From Dimorphilus gyrociliatus (Eukaryota; Animalia; Annelida), in the NCBI GenBank assembly GCA_904063045.1, contig CAJFCJ010000014.1:930001-994000 (forward strand): a DNA stretch of 64,000 nt, read 5' to 3'. Made by a program: the position numbers and the translations under genes. A model generated the notes under the pieces. The model saw only the letters and a program-made list of their open reading frames with translations. It was not told where the DNA came from and searched no databases. Below are positions 1-11,734 of the stretch, piece after piece (position 1 is the first letter of the stretch; the number at the start of each line of letters is the position of its first letter).

Positions 1-48
1 AACCTATATATAATTAATTATAAACCTTTTTTTCCTCCAGTATAGAAC

Positions 49-621
49 ATGGCTGATAAAGAGTTTATTGATAGCGCCTTAAAGGCTCATAACGACTACA
101 GGAAGAAGCACTCTGCACCTCCTCTTAAACACAACAAAGAAATCTCGGCAATCGCTCAGAAATGGGCAAACGAATTGGCTAAAAAGGATGCTTTTCAACA
201 CAGTCAAGATAGGGAGTACAAGGGTTAGTTAAAATATATCTTGGGTATGTAGTTCACAAGTTTATAATTGTAATTTTTAGGTGGCAAGATGGGAGAGAAT
301 ATTGCCATGAAGTGGACATCATCTGGCGATGATTATACAGGACCCGAGCCAGTTAGTCAATGGTACGATGAGGTTGAACGCTATAATTATAGTACAGGCT
401 CCGGACCAAGTACTGGCCACTTTACACAAGTTGTATGGGTAGGTAGTAAAGAAGTTGGTTTTGGAAAGGCAAAGAGTTCGAGCGGAAAATGGTTGGTTGT
501 AGCCAATTATTATCCAGCTGGAAATTTTATTGGACAATATAAGGAGAACGTTCTGAAACCAGGTACAAGATCATCTAGTAAAAAAGCTGGTAAATCGAAA
601 AAAGACTGCACAATTATTTAA
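49..621 (+). CDS. GAPR-1/GLIPR2-like CAP (SCP/PR-1) protein, 171 aa, 2 exons (49-223, 281-621), C-terminal polybasic + CaaX tail
   Basis: ATG at 49 with an in-frame upstream TAG; GT-AG phase-1 intron 224-280 restores the frame. CAP motifs AHNDYRKKH, FQHS, GENIA, WYDEV, GHFTQVVW, VVANYYPAGN; ends KKAGKSKKDCTII*. Confidence 0.93.
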
Positions 622-676
622 ATACTTTGCATTTTTTATGATCTGAATGATTTGCTATCAATTGTTTATAATTTGA

Positions 677-679
<3 letters not shown>

Positions 680-712
<33 letters not shown>
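680..712. repeat. (TA)n microsatellite
   Basis: Perfect TA run seen in sequence. Confidence 0.95.
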
Positions 713-714
<2 letters not shown>

Positions 715-1482
715 CTCTCTATATCTATAACTATAAAATCATATATAATTTGCATAATTGATTGATAATTAAATCAGCTTTTGGAAGAGATATAAAGGCA
801 AAAAAAGACACAGCTTGATCATTCACTGCTTACTTGCACACGAATCTATATATCCTATCTTCATTGTCTGTAATGGCGTAGGTTAATGTCTTCTATAGTA
901 TCTATATACATGTAGATATATTTCTCCAATGTACTTTGTTTGTTTATATCAATTACCGCTCTAAACTAGTCATTTTGCGAATAGCAAAGAGGTATTACAG
1001 TTTATTATTACCGTTATTTATTGTTATTAATATCATTGCTTGAAACTCGTGCCGAATAGGCCTTTTGTTGACACAACTCAAATGTGGGTTATGATTAACC
1101 TTATATAATAAGCAGAAAAATTGATGTATTATCGCCATTTTTTTCGACAAAAGAAATAACAAAAGAAAGTCATAAAATTTGGAAATTTAAAAAGTTTGTT
1201 AAAGAATTAAGAGGAAAGGAGAAAGGGAGATAGCAGGGAGAGAGTTGAAAGAGCAACAAAGTAAGGGAGAGAGCCGAGGGAAGGGAGAAAGAGAGAAAGA
1301 GAAAAAAAAAGATATTAACAATTAAATTATTAAAAGATAGTTAAGCTTCTATTTTCTGGATAACAAACAAGTACAGAAAAGTATAAATAATAATTATATA
1401 TATATACATATGTATATATATATATGTAACATATATATATATATATACAGTATATATATATGTATATATATGTTAGAACATT

Positions 1483-2697
1483 ATGGCTAAAGTCTACGAG
1501 TCGTCTGCACTAGGTATGTAAATTTTTGTTTGTTTGATGAACAGCTTGCTATGGCATTTTTATTGCTTTTTACTTGAAGTATATTCTATTATTTCGTATA
1601 TTTTTTCATATTACATTAATATTAGAACTTCTCTTTATACATATATATATATATATATATATATGTTCTTTTTCGAATTTCTTCTACTAACACCGATAAA
1701 GGATCGTTACCACCTTCGAAATCGAATGATTCTAGTTCGAAAGAAGATGATCTTGATAATATGCGTAAAGAAGCGGAAAAGGTTATGGCTTATAAAACCG
1801 ATTCGCAAGCGCAACCAGTCGTGAGTATTATAAATAAATCACCTTTCTTACCCTATTCATTGTCAAATATTTTCACATAAAGTCGTAACCCTCTGAATAA
1901 TGAACTTGCAGAATTCTAAATCTAAGAAAACAACAACGGAAACGACTATCAAAGACGGTAAGAAAATTACTAAACAAATCATCGAAGAAACTATTGTTGG
2001 ACCTGATGGAAAAGAGAGAACGACCAGAAGAGAGATAATTAGCACTGAAGCCGAAAATGAACAGGAAGCCAAAAAGAAGAATGAAGGAGTAAGCGTCTTA
2101 GACTCATATTTTTGTTTGTTGATTATTTTATATAGGAAGTATATGTTTGTTGGTTTTTTCATAATCTTTCCTTCTTAGTTTTTTGCTAAGCTACTGAAAA
2201 AGGACCAATCTGGAAGTGATAAACCAAAACCTCAACAAAAATTGAGTGCCTTTATCGATGACGTCGTTAAAACTCACAACAAGTGTAGAAAACAACACGG
2301 CTGTCCTGATATAAAGCAGAACAAAGAAATAAGTGTACTAGCTCAGACTTGGGCGGACAACTTGGCTAAAACAGGGGACTTGAAACATTCGAATCATACC
2401 TATAAGGGTGACCAATTGGGTGAAAATGTCGCAACAAAATGGAGTTCTGTTGGTGGCGATTACAACGGACAAGAAGTAACAGATCAATGGTATAAAGAAA
2501 AAGAGAAATTTGACTTCGCTGACCCTAAATTTGCACCTGGAACTGGACACTTTTCACAAATTGTTTGGAAGGGAACTAAAGAAATCGGAGTTGGGAGATC
2601 GTACACAACTGATGGAAGAGTATTCGTTGTTTGTAACTACTATCCAGCTGGTAACGTAATAGGGAGATTTCAAGAAAATGTTCCAAAAGGAAAATAG
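1483..2697 (+). CDS. Second GAPR-1/GLIPR2-like CAP protein with charged N-terminal extension; exons 1483-1513, 1702-1820, 1912-2088, 2179-2697
   Basis: Phase-compatible GT-AG introns join MAKVYESSALG... to the ORF with THNKCRKQH, LKHS, GENVA, WYKEK, GHFSQIVW, VVCNYYPAGN. Confidence 0.88.
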
Positions 2698-3079
2698 ATG
2701 ATTTATCTCTTATATTTTTATCATTATGTAGATGCTTTCCTTTCTCTTTCTTACTTTCTATTAGTTTAACAGCAAATCTGGAAAATATGTTCTCAAATTG
2801 TAGAAGAAGCTATAGTGATAGATTTATGAATATTCATAAGCAATAAAATAAAACTAGATGAGAAACACGTATAAACTATTAATTATAACTTTTCTTTGTA
2901 CTTTTTTTACGGGGATTGTGTTATCCTATAGAATCACGTCGACAGGTTGAGTCGAGTGCTAAATAGATAAGGCGTATATGTATTCTCTTCAGTCGCTTTA
3001 ACGCTTTATTACCTAATATAAATAAATTTAATTGCTTTATACATAAAAAGTATTAAAATAGTTAAATATTAACTTTAAA

Positions 3080-3083
<4 letters not shown>

Positions 3084-3112
<29 letters not shown>
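3084..3112. repeat. (AG)n microsatellite
   Basis: Perfect AG run between convergent genes. Confidence 0.95.
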
Positions 3113-3116
<4 letters not shown>

Positions 3117-3274
3117 ATGAGCAAGAAATTAAATAGAATAAAGATATTGTTAATCAACAACGCTTTTGAAAGGCATAGCTAAGTGTTAAATCCTCTTATA
3201 ATAATTTAAAGAAAACATATAAAAACAAGACTAAAATCACTGAAATTCTTCAATTAATTCGTTTTATTACCATA

Positions 3275-4507
3275 TTAGAATATTTTAGAGATAAGTTCAG
3301 ATATAATATTAAAAGACTTTCTCGAACTTTGAACGTTACTATCTTTAAAATCGTTGTTTAATAAAGAAATATAATAAATTCCAATATATTTAGCCAATAG
3401 TTCAAACTTTTCTACACTTTCTCTATCATTCTTTGGCATTAGTTGAATGAATATTGTTTTTTTTCTCAATAGAATTATATACGGCCATTCTTTACCCGTA
3501 AAATCGAATAGTACATCCGTTTTACATAAAATATCAAATTGTTCGTCTAATGGCTGTTTATTCCTTAAAATCTTGAAAATATTTGTATTCTTCTCTTTCA
3601 ATTTAATATAATTAATAATTTCTTGGTCTTGTGTACAGTTGGAAATGTGGCTTTTTGCGTTAGTTAAACAATTATCATGCTGTATAAAAGTTATATTAAT
3701 GTGTCTGTCTTTTGTTGTACTTTCCTTTCTATAGTTATTATATGGCATATTAAGGAAACGCTGAAAGCCGTCTAATTCCGGTAGGGGAAAGTTTTTTAGT
3801 GGTTTTTTACTAATGTCTCGTAACCAGGCTATTCTATAAAATCTTGAATATTTTGATAAATACATAGGTTCAATTATCATATTGAATAGATTCTTCCAAA
3901 TGTTATCATACTTTGTTGTTGGATTATTGTCTATAAACAAGATGTTAACGAATTTTCGGTCGACGGACAGGAAAGTCAGAGTAAGGAATATATTATACAA
4001 TTCTTCGATACAGCTGAAAACATTCTCCACATCTCTTCTCTTGATGATTAGCGTTAATTTCTTGAATCTTAAATGGGGAATCCTTTTTAAAGATACCGAT
4101 AACGAATTTTTAACAAATTTAACCATTTTCCACAACTTGTTTACGCTGGATTGATGAGATAAATTAAGAAGAGCAGGACTGTCTGAATCATCACAGTATA
4201 TGTTAATAATACCCTGTAGGTCTTCGGTAACGGAATAATTCCTTAATACAGTGATGTTTTTCATTAATATCCATTCGTTATTATAAGATTTCACTTTTGA
4301 GGAACAATAATCTTTTTCGTTCCGTCTCCAGGCTTCATGAAAAGTATTGATTGAGATATTTACAAAATCAGCGTACTCTATCCTCTGATATGTCCTTCTT
4401 GATATTAGAGATTTGTAATTCCTTGAAAGAATAAGAATTATCTCTAGATGAATACAAACAATAAGTCCGAATAGAATACGTTGCCTAAGACTTAATTTTG
4501 CTTTCAT
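3275..4507 (-). CDS. Intronless type II membrane glycosyltransferase family 61 (EOGT/POMGNT2-like), degenerate catalytic motifs
   Basis: 410-aa ORF with an N-terminal signal-anchor (ILFGLIVCIHLEIILIL). C-terminal QFDILCKTDVLFDFTGKEWPYIILLRKKTIFIQL aligns by eye to the EOGT segment Q..I...TD.FIGMHGAGLTHLLFLP....VFEL; NVFSCIEELYNIFLT aligns to NMYHHFCDF.NLY.T. Confidence 0.65.
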   Translation of the reverse strand: MKAKLSLRQRILFGLIVCIHLEIILILSRNYKSLISRRTYQRIEYADFVNISINTFHEAWRRNEKDYCSSKVKSYNNEWILMKNITVLRNYSVTEDLQGIINIYCDDSDSPALLNLSHQSSVNKLWKMVKFVKNSLSVSLKRIPHLRFKKLTLIIKRRDVENVFSCIEELYNIFLTLTFLSVDRKFVNILFIDNNPTTKYDNIWKNLFNMIIEPMYLSKYSRFYRIAWLRDISKKPLKNFPLPELDGFQRFLNMPYNNYRKESTTKDRHINITFIQHDNCLTNAKSHISNCTQDQEIINYIKLKEKNTNIFKILRNKQPLDEQFDILCKTDVLFDFTGKEWPYIILLRKKTIFIQLMPKNDRESVEKFELLAKYIGIYYISLLNNDFKDSNVQSSRKSFNIISELISKIF

Positions 4508-5310
4508 GTTCCTTTTTAAACGATGAAAGTGAATGGTAGAAGATAAAGATGACTAATCGTAGCAAAGCCTTTTTCTCTTACATATAGTACACTATATTCT
4601 GTAGTCTCTATCTTGAGAAACATGATCAAGGATGCATGTTCTGTAAATGTTCAACTATGCTAAACACATAATATAAAAATTCAATAAAATACCATATGTT
4701 ATGTAGAAAATGTTCATAAATTTGAATTTACTGTTTCTTACTATTTACCAAATAAACTGCAATATTCAATGGAAATAGAACAATTAAGTATTTTTGAGTA
4801 TTATCTATCAAACAATTTGCAAGTTTTAGAGAAGAGATAACTTAAATAAACTATAAAACAGTAATATACGATCTATATTTGCTACATTCTATAAAACTTA
4901 ATAGAAATATTAATACTGTATATTAAAGAGACGGCGAAAAAACTGAAGGAGTATTTCATGTTAAATTATACGAGATTTCATTTCCAAGAAAAGGTCATTA
5001 ATATTGTAACTTTTAATATGATTATTAATTTCAATGTGTTATCTTAAAGATGTAGGCGTATTAACTTCTTTAACACACCTACGCTCTATTAACTATATAT
5101 ATATATATACACTAATTTATACAGTATATATTTATATATATATACATGTTGCTATTTAAATAAAAGTTTCAAAAGCTCTCTAGATAAGATTACAAACAAT
5201 TGCTTTAGTTTCTTTTCTTCTTATCATTATCTTTACTTAGCTAAATGTTGGTTATTAACTGCTCTTTGATTATAGAAAAACTATTACGATAGTTAACGTT
5301 TTTAAGTAAC

Positions 5311-6362
5311 ATGCGTCTCTTACTGTTCTTCTCTTCTGTATTAGGTATATAATAATTTAATATCCTATAGTTTCAATTTATAATTAATCTTTCTTTATAG
5401 TCATTAATGTATTGCTCAATCTTTTAAATAACCTTGTTACTACAGCTGTTGGATGTTTCCCGAGTTTAAGGATAATTGGAGGTAGAACGTCAGAGCCGGG
5501 TAAATGGCCTTGGATTATAGCATTAGATATTGAAAATAATGGGAAAAAAGTGTTTTGCGGTGGATCGTTAGTAACAGAAAGCTGGGTTTTAACGGCTGCT
5601 CATTGCGTAAAAGGAATACCGTAAGTTAATGACATTTTATCACTGAACAATCCTATTATAGAGACTTTTGGATAAATATTGAATATATACAGATATATAA
5701 TTTATATTGTATATATAGATATCAACCTTATGCACGCGTTGGGGCGTTTAATACTTCGGATAATGACGAAATACAAAGGATTAAAGTCCAAAGAATTATT
5801 ATTGTTGGTAATTTCCCTTTTGTTTCGTGCGTATTTTAGTAAACGTTATGTTTTTATTTTGAATATTAAGCATGAGAATTATACTGGCAACCGTCAAAAT
5901 GGAAATGATTTGGCCCTATTAGAGCTCAGCGAACCAGCAAATGTTAGTCATTCTTTCATAGAACCAATTTTATTGGCGAATGCCAAAGAAAGAACGGACA
6001 TCCAATGCTATATTGTTGGTTGGGGTCGTTTTAACCTTGAAGAAAGGCTTTATAGCGACGTCCTACTTGAAAGAAAAATAGATTTATTAAACAACACGGA
6101 ATGTCAGAGACGGTGGAATGATTCCTTATTTAGGCCACGTGTAAATCAATCCAACATTTGCGTTGATGACGAAAATGGGTCTGTCAGCTCATGTGATGGA
6201 GATTCCGGTAGTCCTCTACACTGTTGGAATGGTGGCTCTTGGAGATTATATGGAGTGGCATCGTGGGGTTCTAGAGCTTGTTACCATTATCCAGCAGTCT
6301 ATTCGCGAATTTCTTGGTTTGCAAATTGGGTATATGGAACGCTGATAAAATATTCTGAATGA
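5311..6362 (+). CDS. Secreted S1 (trypsin/chymotrypsin-fold) serine protease; exons approx. 5311-5344, 5401 or 5446-5620, 5719-5803, 5871-6362
   Basis: Signal peptide [11 protein letters not shown], activation site R-IIGG, triad motifs TAAHC, NDLALL, GDSGSP. Ser at the S1-pocket base (SSCDGDS) suggests non-tryptic specificity. Confidence 0.92.
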
Positions 6363-6522
6363 GATACGCTCCTCATAAAAAAATATTAAAAAAATAACAC
6401 GCCAACACCTACACACTGAGATATAAAAAATTTAAAAAAAAGATAAGAAAATGATCATTCTTGTTTAATCATATTTTGTATTCAATCTTCCATGTTCAGT
6501 GAAATATTATTATTTATTATCT

Positions 6523-6965
6523 TTAACGTTGAATTTGTGCATTTTGTGGTATGTTTAATTCTGTTTCGTCATTTTCATTTGATCCAACTTGAGCGGAGTT
6601 TGACGGTTGACTATTACCGCCACCGGCTCCTTGATTTTGATTATTCTGTTGTCCACTATCAGATAAAATTCGTCCAAGATTCTGTAAATTAACTCCTCTT
6701 GCAGATACGACTTTATCATCATCAGACCCCGAACCTAAGTCCGAGCCTGAGCCAGATCCAGAATTCGAAACGCTGTGCATATACAGAAAATATGAAAATA
6801 TTGCATAATTTTCTATACTAATGATTTCCTAATTTATTTAATTTATTGTTGTTTTTTCCTATTGAGAATTGATTTTATAAAAGATAATTTTGTTTACATC
6901 TGACATTCTGCAACCACAAGAACGACCAAGATGAGAAAAGTCGAAAATTTCAGGAAGCGGTTCAT
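6523..6965 (-). CDS. Small secreted Ser/Gly/Asn/Gln-rich orphan protein (105 aa), exons 6965-6898 and 6772-6523
   Basis: Exon 1 encodes the signal peptide MNRFLKFSTFLILVVLVVAECQ; the phase-2 GT-AG intron splices in frame to the low-complexity ORF. TATA and Inr upstream; AATAAA at 6518-6513 just after the stop. Confidence 0.75.
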
Positions 6966-6977
6966 CTCTCACCATCC

Positions 6978-7011
6978 GACTAATTGAGCAAAATTTCCCA
7001 AGGCTTTTATA
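6978..7011 (-). promoter_or_regulatory. TATA box plus initiator-like element of the small secreted gene
   Basis: TATAAAAG at 7011-7004 and TTAGTC (Inr-like) at 6983-6978, about 30 nt apart. Confidence 0.6.
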
Positions 7012-7169
7012 CAAAAGGCGTCATTTGTTCAATAAATTCGCTTCTATTGAATTTTTAATCTACGGTTGATACTTAACATGTGTAAGCGATTAGCAAAATT
7101 AATATAATTTCGCAGTTAATTTCGCTTATTTATTTGTTATAAAGACGATACAACGACCTTATGTTATAG

Positions 7170-7205
<36 letters not shown>

Positions 7206-7602
7206 ATATATATATATAAATATACATATATCTGTAAAGAGAAAGAGATATATAATTTTAATAAGCAAACATATAGCAAGTTTTGTCAGATTCTTTGTAG
7301 GATAAAACTGCAGAAAACGACATTTTACCATGGATAATAATTATGACATATGGTTTCTGTAGAGTAAATATACCAATATATAAATATAAATTAAGAGATA
7401 TTGTTAAAATAGGTTTTAACAAGCACGAAAATAACGTTAATTGTTGATAAGATAATCCTTGTTAAGAGTAGAAAAGATATTCTTGTACAAATAAGGTTTT
7501 CAATTTTACCATTAGGGTTATTTGCATTGATTACAACAATAAACGTACTCGCTAAAAGTTGGTTATTACCGAAACTTTCCTGAGCTTAAGCCAAAAATAC
7601 AA

Positions 7603-9795
7603 CTAGGGCTGATAGGTAGTAAAACAACTCCATTCACTCTCTGATCCTCTTAATACTTCCATTGTTTGTAGGAATTCCTTTCCAGAAAATCCTCCAACTG
7701 CGTAAATGCAATCGCCAACAACAGCGACTCCAAGATTTGTTCTGGCTTGGTTCAAGTTTGGTCCCATAGACCAAGTATTGGTTTTCATATCGTATATCTC
7801 AACGGAAGTTAGAGAATCTTTACCATCGGATCCTCCAACAACATATAATTTATCCCCGAGGACGGTTGCTCCTGCCCCTCTTCTCGGAGTACTCAAAGGG
7901 GCAACCATCTCCCAGTTTGCTTCCCGTTCATCGTATACCTCAACAGCGTGTAGACAGCTCCAATTATTGGTGCCACCTGCGGCAATTATCCTACCATTTA
8001 AGGTAGTAACGGCCGCTTGCGATCTTCCAACGTTCATTGATCTCATTGGTGTCCATCTACATTCGGCTGGCTTGTACATCTCACAATCGACTAGACCTTG
8101 ATAGGCCCACCCACCAATTACACACACCGAATCTTGAAGGGCAGTAACCCCGGCAAACAGCCTACTATGAATCATAGTTGGCAAGAATCTCCATTTGTTT
8201 GCAGATAGATCGAAAACTTCAGCAGAATCCAGCTCTCGATTTCCGTTCGAACCTCCACAAGCATATAGGCAGCCGTTCAACAGTGCCACATTAAATCTGG
8301 CTCTTGCGGACAGCATATTCGGCATTGCTGTCCAAATATTTTTAGAGACATCATATATCTCGCCAGAATCCAAACAGAAAGCTCTATCGTATCCACCAAT
8401 AGCAGCTAGTCGACCCTCATCCAAATGAATAACGCCAACACCCGACCTGGCTGTTTGCATGTTACTCAACGGAATGAAAGAGTATGGTTGCTTTAGCTGC
8501 TTTCTCGAACTGCTATTGGAGATAAGAGATGTGTCACTATCCGATCCACTTTCTTTCCTGCCAGTTTTAGGTTTGGCAACATCATATTTGATGGAAATTC
8601 TACACGTTTCGTCGTTTATATCAGCCAAAAACACGCAATGATTTTCTGTAAAAGGATCAAATAGTGAATATAACAAACTGAAAAATGTCTTTTGTCATAC
8701 CTGAAACTTGTCGAACAGCAATAATCTCCCCCCCTTCTTCTTTTCCATTGGTTAGTGAAGGCCTATCCGATCTGATTTGAGCTTTAGTCTGTTTACATTA
8801 TATAAAATTATATTAAATAAATTCTTGCATAATACAACTAGCGTCATCTTTAGAGTAGGTAACGCAATTCCTACCTTCCATTTTTTTGAGCTCGCTTTGA
8901 AATCAATAACAGCATCGATTGTAGCGATCTCATCATCATCTTGTAATTGTTTGACATCTTTAAGCTCTTTTTCATCAGTAATACATAATAAATATTCAGT
9001 TTCCAGAACTGTAGAAGCCTTGAGCCATTCTAGAACCAATTGCCCAAGGCTTTTCATTTCGTCCTCACCCAACAGAGAGTCATTACCCAGAACGACTATT
9101 TGAATTGTCTCTACGTGTGATTCGGAGAGAACTTCCTCAATATTTTCCTGAATGTAGTGCTTCGTTTGTGAAGCTAGACCCGGATCTGATAACTGTTTCG
9201 CAAATTGTCTGACATCTGCATTGGAGAAAAAACATAAGATCTGTTTCACGTCACGAAGAAATCGACTTACCTATGCATGACGACGTTGTTAAATGTGTAG
9301 CCAAGAATTTCGAACACGCTTCGGCTGCGGATTGCATTTGAAGTTGTATAGCGGCTTTGTAAACGGGTACGACATCGTCAGTCTCGACTTCTAGTCGATA
9401 GGTGTAAGCGTAATCCAAAAGATATTGAAATGCTACTGAATCTACGTCATTAAGGACGTAATGCGATAAATTTGGATCTGACTGGAACAAATCGTACAAC
9501 TTCTTACTAGCAGCAGCTAGTATAAGTTTATGAGCGGGATAGGTTCTGTTTTGTATTTCAATGGTTACGTCGCTCATTATTTCAGCTTTAAAAGCTGTTT
9601 TCAAAAAGTTAAAAAGCGCTTCCTTGTTACGACTATCGTCGTATTCCATGGTGCTCCTTGGAGGCTCTGTATTAGCGTCAAAAGAACCTGTTTCTGCTGC
9701 TTCCTCGTCTGCGTAATATGAAGTTGAAACGACAGAATTAATCTAACAATAGTACCTGAACTATAGCACGAAACGCCGTTATTCAGGTAGGCCAT
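7603..9795 (-). CDS. IVNS1ABP: BTB-Kelch protein, influenza NS1A-binding protein homolog; exons 9795-9756, 9708-9271, 9215-8875, 8788-8701, 8645-7603 (about 649 aa)
   Basis: BTB (SDVTIEIQNRTYPAHKLILAAAS), the IVNS1ABP-type linker (VLSESHVETIQIVV, QLVLEWLK) and six Kelch repeats (GG..Y/W). All splice phases are compatible. Confidence 0.88.
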
Positions 9796-11734
9796 TTTGT
9801 TTGTTTTTCTTGCAAACTAACTGAATCCCAATTCCATATACCAATTGGACCTGATCAACTGTGAAGCCAAAGTTGTTCTAATAGTTGTTCCAGCAAACTG
9901 CAAGGTCAGGTGACTTAGGTTAAAATACGTTCAAACAAATCATTGGTTCGCCAACTTATTAAAGCTATCGATATATCGATCTGTCTACGTGATTTTCATG
10001 TCGAACAGTACGGCACGCCATCAGCTACTTCTTATATTTATGCCTGATAAATAATTTTAGCCAGACGTGGCCAATGGGTCATAGACAGGTCGTTTGATTA
10101 AGCGTCTTCGAATTTAGGTCACCTATCTTTTATTAATAAAAACAAATAAGGCACGAAAATATATACAGGAATAATTCAATGAAAGGTATTTATGTAACCA
10201 GGGATAATAATCCTTCCTATTTAATATTATTCTTTGTTAGCTTTTGAAAGTAAGACTGGAAAACGGACCACTAATCAATACCAACCTGTTTAAACGGAAA
10301 ACATGATTTCGTCAACATTTCAGCGTGTTTTCTGTAAAATTCTAGACAAGCAGGCTTATAGATTGGAATTATAGCAGGGAATAACTATACGTCATTCCTG
10401 TATGAACCAATCAAGACTCTGCTTTCATATGGCGCGAAAATTTGCATTAGGTCTTCAGCGCCATCTAACAGGGGGATTTCCGATGTCGATCAGAAATATG
10501 GTAAAGTCTAGAATTTACTAGAATGGCAATGCGTTGTCTATCGCTACTTTCGTATTCCTTATGTTTCTTTAACAAAACTGATAAAAGAGATAGACACCTC
10601 GACATTCAGATAAACGATTTGATAATAGTCTATATTTATTCGTCCCCGAAATCGATCTTTGAATTGCATCTTATTTTACTAAAAGAATGTTGAAAACAAG
10701 AAAAAAACACAGTCGAAAAATAAGCAGTTAACATAAAATAGAGCGATATTGTAACAAAGGTCGGGGCTACTGATTTATCCAACATGGGATAGTAGATAGT
10801 ACACTGAGCGCTTTATTTATAAACCTATACACTTAAGATACATGTACATATATAGATATATACAGTATACAGTATATATGAAGAAACATTCTTTTACTTT
10901 TACATTATTACTGCTTTAAATATTTGACCGAAAAAGCAAAGCTTATTTATAAATATAGACAAATTATGTTTACTGTCCTAAAAACAATAATAACAGGTAT
11001 ACAACACGTGAGGCTTAACGATGAAACGATACACTTATATTCCTATTATGAATAATTATATAGCGCAATGTAATATATTACCTTATTAAAAAGTTTCTTT
11101 AGATGACAATGTTACGTTTTCTATATAATAGAGTCTAGCACGTAACCTATTTTCAGCTGTTTTCGGCCAAACTATGACATATCACAGTTATATTTTAGTT
11201 TAGAGTACGAATGAGCCAATGAACGATTTGCTTTTAAGGAAATAGTTACTAAGACACAAATTATCCATGTTTAAGTTTTTTGAACGATAAGAATTCCTTA
11301 TTTCTATATATTGAGTCATTGTTAGCGGAGGTTATATTTTTCGAAGAAAATATTAATAAAAAAAACTTTTCCCGCCACAATTCAAGTCATACGGCACACT
11401 TTCAAGTAATAATTTATATCGAAATAGTAGAAGATATGGCAGTAATAATAATAAGAAAAATAATAAAATTTAACGTCAATTTTTATTCTATATGCGAGTT
11501 TTGTATTTCATTATATCAATCACGCATTGAATAGACCAGTTTATTATATTAGTTAACTTTCATTTACATAGTATTTTCAATGGTATATATACTGTATATA
11601 TAGGTTGAGTGATTAATAAAATTTTACAAAAAACAACAATGTTACCAAAAAATCTTTAACAATTTAACGAGCTTACACAGTAGCTTTTGTTGTCGTCATC
11701 AAGCAGAGGAAGACGATGTGTGGTGCCGCTCGAT

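Noticed and set aside
319-537. Antisense ORFs over real genes (also 2338-2550, 3882-4154, 7706-8101, 28687-28944 and others)
   Set aside because: Shadow ORFs opposite recognised CDS, with no independent motifs.
6710-6730. DDDK (enteropeptidase-like site) in the secreted orphan next to a serine protease gene
   Set aside because: Only three Asp, and the neighbouring protease has a non-tryptic S1 pocket; likely coincidence.
10458-10472. CTCF-like motif (reverse strand CCTGTTAGATGGCGC)
   Set aside because: The 5' half mismatches the consensus; the AGATGGCG core is equally explained as a YY1-type promoter motif.
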